Source: a virus
Reading direction: 5' to 3' (one strand)
IMG/VR virus record: IMGVR_UViG_3300007351_000018
DNA: 47,425 bases
The notes under the pieces are model-generated. The model was not told where the DNA came from. It saw only the letters and a program-made list of their open reading frames with translations, and did not search any database. A program made the position numbers and the translations under genes. This document shows, one piece after another, positions 1 to 6,923 of the stretch (positions are counted from its first letter, which is position 1; each line of letters begins with the position of its first letter).

Positions 1-162
1 ATGCAAGCTGTGACCTGTCGCCAGAGGATGCAAGCTTTGACCCATAGCCAGAGGATGCAAGCTGTGACCTGTCGCCAGAGGATGCAAGCTTTGACCTGTC
101 GCCAGAGGATGCAAGCTGTGACCTGTCGCCAGAGGATGCAAGCTGTGACGCGTCAGACTTGT
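1..162. repeat. 27-bp tandem repeat, 5 good copies plus one degenerate copy; another copy sits at 47390-47425
   Basis: Unit atgcaagctgtgacctgtcgccagagg at 1, 55 and 109; variants at 28 and 82; degenerate copy at 136. On the minus strand it encodes SSG(D/Y)(R/G)S(Q/K)LA. Confidence 0.95.
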
Positions 163-484
163 CTTTCTTTTTGCAACTCTCCCACAAAAAATCAAAACTC
201 GTCTTAATAAACCCTTTCAAGTCCATTTTTGCGCCAATCTTAATTTTGTTAGTTGCACCCTTGCTGTCACCATCCACTTGTCTGTCTACATCGCCTAAAA
301 CCTCAACTTCGGTAAAATCGCTGTCGCATAAATCGTAGTAATCAAGTACGTCAAGCGGATTGTCGCAGAAGTGGAAACCATGATCACAGCAGGATGGTTT
401 CTCTGCCTGCTCGTATGTCTCTCCTTCTGCATATTGAAACCCTTGACACGTTAAGCCTTTCTTGTACCCTTTGTAAGCCTTCAT
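1..484 (-). CDS. N-terminal part of a nonapeptide-repeat phage protein; the ORF leaves the left edge and continues at 47389..47178 once the 36-nt overlap is collapsed
   Basis: ATG at 484-482 follows GGGAGGG. Translation is MKAYKGYKKGLTCQGFQYAEGETYEQAEKPSCCDHGFHFCDNPLDVLDYYDLCDSDF..., then repeats of SSGDRSQLA. There is no stop before position 1, so it is absent from the ORF track. Confidence 0.7.
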   Translation of the reverse strand, partial: MKAYKGYKKGLTCQGFQYAEGETYEQAEKPSCCDHGFHFCDNPLDVLDYYDLCDSDFTEVEVLGDVDRQVDGDSKGATNKIKIGAKMDLKGFIKTSFDFLWESCKKKDKSDASQLASSGDRSQLASSGDRSKLASSGDRSQLASSGYGSKLASSGDRSQLA

Positions 485-527
485 AACACCCTCCCTATTT
501 TTAATGGTATATATCTTATTTCGTCCA

Positions 528-713
528 TCACAGCCTCCTTAACGCGCCATACGCTGATATGCCAATCATCTTGATCTGGTGCATGGTCGTTGTTTTCCCG
601 TACAATATACGGTTAGCCTTGATATCATCTGTTGCCATCTCGCAGATGGTCTTAAATAGATCATCGGACATTGTTCCAAGATACTTCTCAAGCATTTGCC
701 GTATCATCGACAA
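528..713 (-). CDS. Hypothetical small early protein
   Basis: 61-aa ORF in the same orientation and tightly packed with neighbouring early genes. Confidence 0.4.
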   Translation of the reverse strand: MSMIRQMLEKYLGTMSDDLFKTICEMATDDIKANRILYGKTTTMHQIKMIGISAYGALRRL

Positions 714-1381
714 GCCTCCTTTTTAAGCAGGTTGCTTATATATGTCATTCCAAGGGGTGTTACAAATGTCTGTACATAATTGATAGACTTATCACCCATT
801 GAAATAGGCTTCTCCTTGACTTCAAAGTGTTTTGCTTGAATATGGGATTGATAGGGTTGATTATTCGCCATCAATATTTTTTTGGCGCGTAGGAGAGAAA
901 ATAAATTATTACGGCCTATATTAAGACACTTTGCCACCTCATTCATAGTCTGCAGATTTTCAGCAGACATAAATTTATCAAATTCAACGGCCTTGGGTTG
1001 CAGTGCCTTGACTTCATTTTGAAGTGTAGATATTTTACAATCTGCCATCTTCAATGCTCTTGCCATTACAGCCTCAGGAGAGTTCCACGCCTTTTCAATC
1101 TCGATGAAATATTGACGAATAGCATAAGCATTTTCCCCACCCGATAACATACAGATGTGTTTTGCAATATCAATAGGCAGGACGTAATCGTTGAATTCTT
1201 GGTTGTTGTTGTTAGTGTAGGTTGTCCTACAGTAGTCATTTCCTTCAACTAAATTCAAAGTTTTTTGACATCTTTCAAACCATGCTGAAAACCTTTCTCT
1301 TATACCCAACTTCTCATGTAATTCTCTCGCTGATACTGTCTGCTTATCATTGTTGAAATTGACCTTAATCAATTCGTTCAT
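704..1381 (-). CDS. Phage antirepressor (AntA/ORF6N-type N-terminus plus KilAC-type C-terminus)
   Basis: N-terminus ...TVSARELHEKLGIRERFSAWFERC...; C-terminus ...LQTMNEVAKCLNIGRNNLFSLLRAKKIL...; sits in the early leftward operon. Confidence 0.7.
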   Translation of the reverse strand: MNELIKVNFNNDKQTVSARELHEKLGIRERFSAWFERCQKTLNLVEGNDYCRTTYTNNNNQEFNDYVLPIDIAKHICMLSGGENAYAIRQYFIEIEKAWNSPEAVMARALKMADCKISTLQNEVKALQPKAVEFDKFMSAENLQTMNEVAKCLNIGRNNLFSLLRAKKILMANNQPYQSHIQAKHFEVKEKPISMGDKSINYVQTFVTPLGMTYISNLLKKEACR

Positions 1382-1393
1382 TTGTAACCCTCC

Positions 1394-1600
1394 TTATAAT
1401 TGACCCTTCATATACTGGACAAACCTATATGTATTGATATAAAACGCCCATCTGCCCATCTCAACCCCTATACCAAAAGGAAACCTCTCCTGTTGCAATG
1501 CTACCTGTAGAAATCTTGGTGTTACCCCCATAATCTCCGCTGCATCCTTTACTGGCATTGTTAATGGATGCTTGTCCAGAAGATCGTCATACTTCTGCAT
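1394..1600 (-). CDS. Small HTH DNA-binding protein (excisionase/Cro-like)
   Basis: 68 aa; ...MPVKDAAEIMGVTPRFLQVALQQERFPFG... resembles excisionase/MerR-type HTH; second gene of the leftward early operon. Confidence 0.5.
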   Translation of the reverse strand: MQKYDDLLDKHPLTMPVKDAAEIMGVTPRFLQVALQQERFPFGIGVEMGRWAFYINTYRFVQYMKGQL

Positions 1601-1733
1601 CTGAAGCCTCTATCTCATTTGACATCGTCAATCCTTTTGTCAGACCGATTACGATTAACTGTTTGTCTGCACTTAGCTTCCTGAAATTGTTTATGAACTC
1701 TTCGACTTCCTCAACTGTTAAAACTTTCTGCAT
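1587..1733 (-). CDS. Hypothetical 48-aa first gene of the leftward early operon
   Basis: ATG at 1733-1731 after GGGGG. Translation MQKVLTVEEVEEFINNFRKLSADKQ... Its stop overlaps the next gene's start region. Below the ORF-track size cutoff. Confidence 0.35.
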   Translation of the reverse strand: MQKVLTVEEVEEFINNFRKLSADKQLIVIGLTKGLTMSNEIEASDAEV

Positions 1734-1764
1734 AAATGACCCCCGTATTGCATAAAATATATAT

Positions 1765-1841
1765 CTTGTCTATATTTTAGTATATGCTACCTATATTGTC
1801 AATAGTTTTTTATAGACAAGCTATACTTATTTTGTTATAAT
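1765..1841. promoter_or_regulatory. Divergent lysis/lysogeny switch: back-to-back promoters with a 10-bp inverted operator pair
   Basis: Leftward promoter: TTGACA (plus-strand tgtcaa 1797-1802), 17 nt, TAAAAT (1774-1779). Rightward promoter: TAGACA (1813-1818), 17 nt, TGtTATAAT (1833-1841). CTTGTCTATA at 1765-1774 and its exact inverse TATAGACAAG at 1811-1820. Confidence 0.55.
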
Positions 1842-1868
1842 ACGCTTGGGAGGTTATAGTTAAAAAAT

Positions 1869-2228
1869 ATGAGCATAAACAAAAGAATTCATCAATTAAG
1901 AAAGCATCTTAAAATAAGCCAGGTTGAATTCGCTGATAAAATAGGCGTTACTCAACCGTCCCTTTCGGACATTGAGAACGGTAAGACGGTCACCATAGAC
2001 AAGCGGAATATAAAATTGATCTGCGGGTCTTTCAATGTCAGTGAAGAATGGCTTGTGAACGGTACGGGAGAAATGTTCGACAAGTCTGACCTTCGATTAT
2101 TGGAACTTGTATCAGAAAAAATTGACAAACTTACCGAATCTGAAAAGAAGCTCATTATCGAATTTATAAGATTAAGCGATAGCCAAAGGGCGATCATTAC
2201 GCAATTTATAAAAAATGTCGGGGAGTGA
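1869..2228 (+). CDS. XRE-family HTH repressor (CI-like)
   Basis: ...RIHQLRKHLKISQVEFADKIGVTQPSLSDIENGK... is a classic Cro/C1 HTH; divergent from the early operon and directly upstream of the integrase. Confidence 0.8.
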   Translation: MSINKRIHQLRKHLKISQVEFADKIGVTQPSLSDIENGKTVTIDKRNIKLICGSFNVSEEWLVNGTGEMFDKSDLRLLELVSEKIDKLTESEKKLIIEFIRLSDSQRAIITQFIKNVGE

Positions 2229-2231
2229 TAC

Positions 2232-3248
2232 ATTATTCGGCTACCAAATGGATTTGGAACTGTTTACAAGCTGAAGGGAACACGTCGCAACCCATGGATC
2301 GCCAGATGCCCGATAGGCTGCTCACAGAATGGGCGTCAGCTTTATAAGACCATAGGCTATTATAAGTCAAGCGAAATAGCCCTGCAAAAATTAGTTGAAT
2401 ACAAATCAAATCCGATCCCCAAAGAAAATATAACGCTCGGAGAACTTTACAAGGAATGGTCCGATTCTAAATACGAATACATCTCGAGACAAACCGCAGA
2501 TTGTTATCGGGCAGGGTGGAAACATCTTTCAAAATATGCCGGGACCCTATATCAGATACTGCGGACCAATCACTACCAATCCATAATCGACAGCAATAAA
2601 AATATGAGCCGGTCATCGCTTGAAAAAATAAAAGTGGTGGCTTATATGTTATGCGAATACGCCATGCAGAATGATATCATAAATAAGAATTACGCCTCTT
2701 TCGTGAGGCTGCCGAAATCCATAAAAGAAGAAAAGCAGGCCTTTACCGACCCTGAAATCAAGAAGATGTTTGACAATGACAAATGCTGGACCGATACGAT
2801 CCTGATGCTGATACATCTTGGCATGAGGATAAATGAATTCCTGGGGATCACCCGATTCGATGTCCACCTTGATGAACAGTACATTATTGGAGGCAATAAG
2901 ACAGAGGCCGGGAAGGGACGTATAATACCTATCCACCCGAAAATAATCGAATATGTGCGGAAGTGGTACAATTACGGCGGTAATTATCTTATCTGCAACG
3001 ACAAGGGACAAGCCATTACCGATAAAGCATATAGAGCGAAATACTACTACCCGGGACTTGAAAGACTTGGTATACGGAAACTCAATCCTCATTGTTGCCG
3101 TCATACATTTGCTTCCTTAATGGCAAAGGCCGGAGCCGATACATTTTCTATCCAGAGGATCCTCGGACATACGAAATATTCGTTCACGGCAGACACCTAT
3201 ACCCATACTGATATTGAAGGTCTTAAAAAAGCCATATCCCAAATATGA
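2232..3248 (+). CDS. int: Tyrosine recombinase / phage integrase, probably starting at a non-canonical ATT
   Basis: Frame is open from 2229 to 3248. Motifs: RLPNGFGTVYKLKGTRRNPW (arm-binding type N-terminus), ITLGELYKEW (core-binding), GMRINEFLGI, HCCRHTFASL, LGHTKYSFTADTYTH (R, H-x-x-R, H, Y). The first ATG/GTG/TTG is at 2604, which would delete the N-terminal domains. GGGGAG lies 6 nt before ATT 2232. Confidence 0.8.
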   Translation: MIRLPNGFGTVYKLKGTRRNPWIARCPIGCSQNGRQLYKTIGYYKSSEIALQKLVEYKSNPIPKENITLGELYKEWSDSKYEYISRQTADCYRAGWKHLSKYAGTLYQILRTNHYQSIIDSNKNMSRSSLEKIKVVAYMLCEYAMQNDIINKNYASFVRLPKSIKEEKQAFTDPEIKKMFDNDKCWTDTILMLIHLGMRINEFLGITRFDVHLDEQYIIGGNKTEAGKGRIIPIHPKIIEYVRKWYNYGGNYLICNDKGQAITDKAYRAKYYYPGLERLGIRKLNPHCCRHTFASLMAKAGADTFSIQRILGHTKYSFTADTYTHTDIEGLKKAISQI

Positions 3249-3330
3249 ATTTGTTAGAAGTTTGTTAGAAGTAGAAACAAGTTTAATCGACTTCCTATGA
3301 TTTATTATAAATACCCTATTGATAATTTAA

Positions 3331-3386
3331 GACATGAAAAAACCCGCTTAGCTATTGATATAAACGGGTTTCATGTCTTTTATTTT
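3331..3386 (+). terminator. Rho-independent terminator after the integrase
   Basis: gacatgaaaaaacccg (3331-3346) pairs imperfectly with cgggtttcatgtc (3365-3377), followed by ttttattttt. Confidence 0.5.
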
Positions 3387-3439
3387 TGGTGGAGATGAGG
3401 GGGATCGAACCCCTTACCTCTTGAATGCCATTCAAGCGC
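3387..3439 (-). tRNA. Partial tRNA-Ala(GGC): 3' ~53 nt only (anticodon arm to CCA), likely the attP core; not a functional gene
   Basis: Minus strand reads GCGCTTGAATGGCATTCAAGAGGTAAGGGGTTCGATCCCCCTCATCTCCACCA. That gives an anticodon stem-loop CTTGA-AUGGCAU-TCAAG, a T-arm AGGGG-TTCGATC-CCCCT, an acceptor 3' strand with T at position 70, and CCA. No matching 5' acceptor strand or D-arm lies upstream. Confidence 0.75.
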
Positions 3440-3461
3440 ATCTCTCAATGAATAGTGACTT

Positions 3462-3602
3462 TCAAGCCATTTTGTTAGAAGTTTGTAAGTTTTTCTGATT
3501 CTTGATCAATCCCTTGGCAGAGGCCAGTAACCTCTCAATATTCTTATCCGATAACTTTGTCATAAGTATATTGATTTCGGTTTCAATTTCTTTCCTTTTC
3601 AT
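3462..3602 (-). CDS. Hypothetical 46-aa protein
   Basis: ATG at 3602-3600 after GGAGG; translation MKRKEIETEINILMTKLSDKNIERLL...; overlaps the right arm repeat. Confidence 0.3.
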   Translation of the reverse strand: MKRKEIETEINILMTKLSDKNIERLLASAKGLIKNQKNLQTSNKMA

Positions 3603-3695
3603 ATTCGGGCCTCCGGAAGCGGAAGATTTTGTATATTATTATTATAAACCCGAATATATTAAACCGCAATAGGAATATTGAATTATTTCATGGGT

Positions 3696-3941
3696 CTAGT
3701 GGTATATAAACTGTATCAGGTCGTTTGGCTTTAATTCTCTGCCGATGCGTTTGCTTAAGTATTCTGCAATTATGGCCAATGACTCTAACATCATTGGCTT
3801 ACCCTTTTTTATGCGTGCAAGAACATCGGCCGACAAGCCTGTTGCCTGAGTGACTTCATAATTTTTAATGCCGTATTTCACCATTAACCCTATTAAAGGT
3901 AAGTAAGATATCTCAATCCTCATACGAGAATTGTATATCAT
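3696..3941 (-). CDS. HTH (XRE/Cro-type) DNA-binding protein divergent from parM
   Basis: ...YGIKNYEVTQATGLSADVLARIKKGKPMMLESLAIIAEYL... Confidence 0.6.
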   Translation of the reverse strand: MIYNSRMRIEISYLPLIGLMVKYGIKNYEVTQATGLSADVLARIKKGKPMMLESLAIIAEYLSKRIGRELKPNDLIQFIYH

Positions 3942-4027
3942 TTCCTTTAAAATTTCAGTATATTCGATAAAAGTGTAAACATTTAGGCTTTATCCGAATA
4001 TATTAGATTATAAACGATTATATAGAG

Positions 4028-4891
4028 GTGAAATTGAATATGATTCTAGGCATAGACATCGGAAACTGTATGACAAAAACATCAAAAGGGTACATATTTG
4101 AGTCAAAATGTTCGCGGATAGCAGGACTGTTGAGGTCTGAAATGATTGCAACAGATGAAGGACTATGGTACATCGGTGAGGGTACATATGACACGGAGTA
4201 CAGGAAGGTCAGCAAAAGGGGATTGCGTACCTTGTTTTTGTATGCGGTAGCCAAAAGTACCGATGAACCTGTGAAAGTGGTGGTGGGTTTACCCCTGTCA
4301 CAGTATAAACTTGACAAAGACGCTCTCCGTTCAACTCTAATAAGCACCAAAGTAAACCATGTATCAATCAACAATGTCCCTCGCAAGGTCATCATTGATG
4401 ATGTGGCGGTATATCCCGAAGGATTTGCGGCGGTAATCGGCTCTGACTTCTCCGGCATTGTCATTGACATTGGCGGTCGCACAACGGATATTGCGGAGGT
4501 GGAAATGGGGGATAGAATCAAGGTGGGTAATTCATTCTCCTTGCCGATGGGAACGCTAAACCTTTACCATGACTTTATCAAGTCGCTCAACAGCACGGGG
4601 CTTGATTTACGTCCAGAGGATGCAGGAAGGATATTGCAACACGGCTTGACGATTGACGGGGAGAAACAAGATGTAGACAAGGGCATATTCAAGTCGTACA
4701 TTGATACCCTCGTCAGTCAGCTACGGGTGGAATATCCCATACGGACACACAATGTCCTAGTCATTGGTGGTGGCGGTCAGCTATTATTTCAGGCTATTAA
4801 AGCCAAGATTCCGCAAGCTGTGTTGATACCTGATTCAATATTTGCCAATGCTTACGGATTTGAGAAGGTGGGGCGATCGCTGTGGAGTTAA
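4028..4891 (+). CDS. parM: ParM/StbA (Alp) family actin-like segregation ATPase
   Basis: ILGIDIGNCMTKTS (phosphate 1), VVVGLPLSQY, VYPEGFAAV, IVIDIGGRTTDI (phosphate 2), VLVIGGGG (adenosine). GTG start at 4028, or ATG at 4040. Confidence 0.8.
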   Translation: MKLNMILGIDIGNCMTKTSKGYIFESKCSRIAGLLRSEMIATDEGLWYIGEGTYDTEYRKVSKRGLRTLFLYAVAKSTDEPVKVVVGLPLSQYKLDKDALRSTLISTKVNHVSINNVPRKVIIDDVAVYPEGFAAVIGSDFSGIVIDIGGRTTDIAEVEMGDRIKVGNSFSLPMGTLNLYHDFIKSLNSTGLDLRPEDAGRILQHGLTIDGEKQDVDKGIFKSYIDTLVSQLRVEYPIRTHNVLVIGGGGQLLFQAIKAKIPQAVLIPDSIFANAYGFEKVGRSLWS

Positions 4892-5037
4892 GAATACCTG
4901 TATCGTTTAGACGAAAAAAAGACAAAGAGTTATATGATCATGTCAAAACAAAGTTCTGCGCGAGTGCATATATAAAGGAATTAATCAAGGCCGACATGGA
5001 GAAGAAGAAAGAAAAGAAGGATATATTCAATTTCTAG
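4882..5037 (+). CDS. Ribbon-helix-helix protein, ParR-like partition adaptor candidate
   Basis: GTG at 4882 overlaps the parM stop. 51 aa: VELRIPVSFRRKKDKELYDHVKTKFCASAYIKELIKADME..., a beta-strand then two helices typical of CopG/Arc folds. Confidence 0.5.
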   Translation: MELRIPVSFRRKKDKELYDHVKTKFCASAYIKELIKADMEKKKEKKDIFNF

Positions 5038-5136
5038 TTCAAAGTATGGTTCAAAGTATAGTCATATTACTGATTGGCTATACGGCTTTAAATATGTTAT
5101 TTTATAAGGTTTTATAAAAAGCAAGTTAATGGGGGT

Positions 5137-6372
5137 GTGGTGATGAAGTGGGTTGGTTTGGGTTTGGGGTTGGCTGGGGCAGCACTCGCCTGTGGTTCGG
5201 TGCTTACCTCGGTGGGGATGGCTTTACCCCTCTCCCCGTGGTGGATTGTTGGTAGAGGATTAGCCTTAGAGGTTATTAACCATGAGAGCAAGTATGAGAA
5301 GGTGTTTAGAATGTGTGGATTGGAGAATAAGGCGAAACAGATACCTCTTGTTATACGCAAGCAGGGCAATAACCTTATAGTACATATGCCTAATGGGATA
5401 TGTCAGAAAGACTTTGAAAGGCATCAGCAGGAAATCGAGCAAGCCATAAATAAGAAAATCGAGTTTTCCTTTAATAAGGAATTGGTTATTAAACTTTTGG
5501 ACAATAACTTGAAATATGATTATTCGTTTGAGTTATTAAGTGAATCTAAACAACTGAACATCCTGATAGGTCAGTCACGGGAAGGGAAATTCTTTCTTGA
5601 CATTACTGATTGTCCCCATGTGATAATCGCAGGGGAAACGGGATCAGGGAAGTCCTCCTTGCTTGATACCATAGTGTTATCCCTGTTACTTGGTGAGTAT
5701 AACGTGGACTTACACTTAATAGACTTTCAGGCGGTCGGCCTCGGCAAGTATGAGGATTGCCGAAAGGTCAAGTCTTATGGCGAAACCCCGAAAGACTTTG
5801 AAATGCTCATGCAAGACTTATCAGCAGAAAATGAACGCCGTCTTAAATTATTCCGCAGCGTAAAGAACAAGGTTTATATTGATAGCTTGGAGGCATGGAA
5901 TAAAAGGTTCACCCCTATGCCGTATAAGGTAGTTATCATTGACGAATTTTCCCGACTGGCTGAATCAAATTATGAGTACTTGATGGAGAAGTTTCGCACC
6001 ATGATAAGTATGTCAAGGAAGGTAGGTATACATTTCATATGTGCCATGCAAAGGCCGGATGTGAAGATCATAGCAGGAAGTATCAAAGCCAATATGCCGG
6101 TCAGAATAGCAGGGAAAACAGTCAGTCAAGTTGATAGCGAAGTCATACTCGATATGCCAGGTGCGGAGGAAATTAAGAATCCTGGACGGTTCCTTGTCAA
6201 GTACTGCGGTGAGTTGAAAGAGTTCCAGTTAAACTACATTGAATCGTCAAAGATACGGAAGTTGTTGAAGAAACAGGATGCCTTTAGGACTGCGGAAGAA
6301 ATCAAGCAGGAGAGAATAGAAAAGATGAAGGAGTTAAGGGCAAAATGTATCAACCCGTATGTGGAAAAATGA
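5137..6372 (+). CDS. Membrane-anchored FtsK/SpoIIIE-family DNA-translocase-like ATPase (TcpA/coupling-protein-like)
   Basis: Hydrophobic N-terminus WVGLGLGLAGAALACGSVLTSVGMAL; Walker A IIAGETGSGKSS; Walker B VVIIDEF; ...ICAMQRPD... Likely ATG at 5143 after GGGGGTG. Confidence 0.8.
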   Translation: MVMKWVGLGLGLAGAALACGSVLTSVGMALPLSPWWIVGRGLALEVINHESKYEKVFRMCGLENKAKQIPLVIRKQGNNLIVHMPNGICQKDFERHQQEIEQAINKKIEFSFNKELVIKLLDNNLKYDYSFELLSESKQLNILIGQSREGKFFLDITDCPHVIIAGETGSGKSSLLDTIVLSLLLGEYNVDLHLIDFQAVGLGKYEDCRKVKSYGETPKDFEMLMQDLSAENERRLKLFRSVKNKVYIDSLEAWNKRFTPMPYKVVIIDEFSRLAESNYEYLMEKFRTMISMSRKVGIHFICAMQRPDVKIIAGSIKANMPVRIAGKTVSQVDSEVILDMPGAEEIKNPGRFLVKYCGELKEFQLNYIESSKIRKLLKKQDAFRTAEEIKQERIEKMKELRAKCINPYVEK

Positions 6373-6911
6373 TTACCGAGAAGGATCAGAGTATATTAAA
6401 CTTCATAGAGGATTTTCACATTGTAACATCAGGTCAGTTACAAAGATTATTTTACCCTCATTCGTACCGTTACTGTATGACACGGCTTGCTAAGTTGGTA
6501 AGGGATGGCTTGATAAAAAAGACGGTCAGCACGATCAATAATTGTCATGCGTATTACATAGGAAAAAAGCCGGTACAAATTCATCACGATCTGATTAGAA
6601 CAGAAATATATACGCATTTAAGTGCCAAATTTGACGTTTTGGAATGGCATAACGAATACACCTTCGAGCATATCAGACCGGATGCCCTATGCTACATCAG
6701 AGATCATGAAATAGTATTCCCTGTGATAGTGGAGATACATCTTAATAACAAGTTCGATTTTGACAAGTACACCATGGACTTTATACCGATATTTGGGTGC
6801 AAGCCGAGAGTGCTGATAATAACAGATAGGGAAGTTACCATACCGCATACAGGGTTAGTGTTTAAGGTGATAGGACTGGATATGAAGGGGATAGAGAATA
6901 TATTAAAGTAG
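6345..6911 (+). CDS. Replication-relaxation family protein (wHTH plus PD-(D/E)xK-like C-terminus)
   Basis: ...ILNFIEDFHIVTSGQLQRLFYPHSYRYCMTRLAKLVRDGLI... then ...IRPDALCYI...FPVIVEIHLNNK. An alternative ATG at 6369 forms an ATGA overlap with the FtsK-like stop. Confidence 0.6.
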   Translation: MYQPVCGKMITEKDQSILNFIEDFHIVTSGQLQRLFYPHSYRYCMTRLAKLVRDGLIKKTVSTINNCHAYYIGKKPVQIHHDLIRTEIYTHLSAKFDVLEWHNEYTFEHIRPDALCYIRDHEIVFPVIVEIHLNNKFDFDKYTMDFIPIFGCKPRVLIITDREVTIPHTGLVFKVIGLDMKGIENILK

Positions 6912-6923
6912 GAGGGTATATAT

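Larger units (their letters stand above)
3249..3495. other. attP region: arm-type direct repeats flanking a tRNA-derived core
   Basis: TTGTTAGAAGT at 3251-3261, 3262-3272 and 3472-3482 (plus degenerate TTGTAAGT at 3483-3490) flank the tRNA fragment, immediately downstream of int. Confidence 0.6.

Noticed and set aside
1-162. Possible CRISPR array suggested by regular short repeats
   Set aside because: The repeats are directly adjacent with no spacers, have a 27-bp period (a multiple of 3) and lie inside an ORF. No cas genes are present.
1-207. Plus-strand ORF of 68 aa (MQAVTCRQRMQALT...)
   Set aside because: It is the antisense reading of the 27-bp repeat. The minus strand carries a coherent gene with an RBS, a structured N-terminal domain and a C-terminal continuation across the circular junction.
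2226-2228. Alternative genetic code (TGA recoded) to explain the in-frame repressor-integrase arrangement
   Set aside because: TGA, TAA and TAG all terminate long, well-bounded ORFs elsewhere (for example the FtsK-like gene and int end in TGA). The large genes are uninterrupted under the standard code.
3387-3446. Complete tRNA gene
   Set aside because: Only the region from the anticodon arm to CCA is tRNA-like. No 5' acceptor strand (GGGGATG-type) or D-arm is present upstream, so it is an attP core fragment.
5112-5369. Minus-strand 85-aa ORF
   Set aside because: It is antisense to the hydrophobic N-terminus of the FtsK-like gene and has no independent support.
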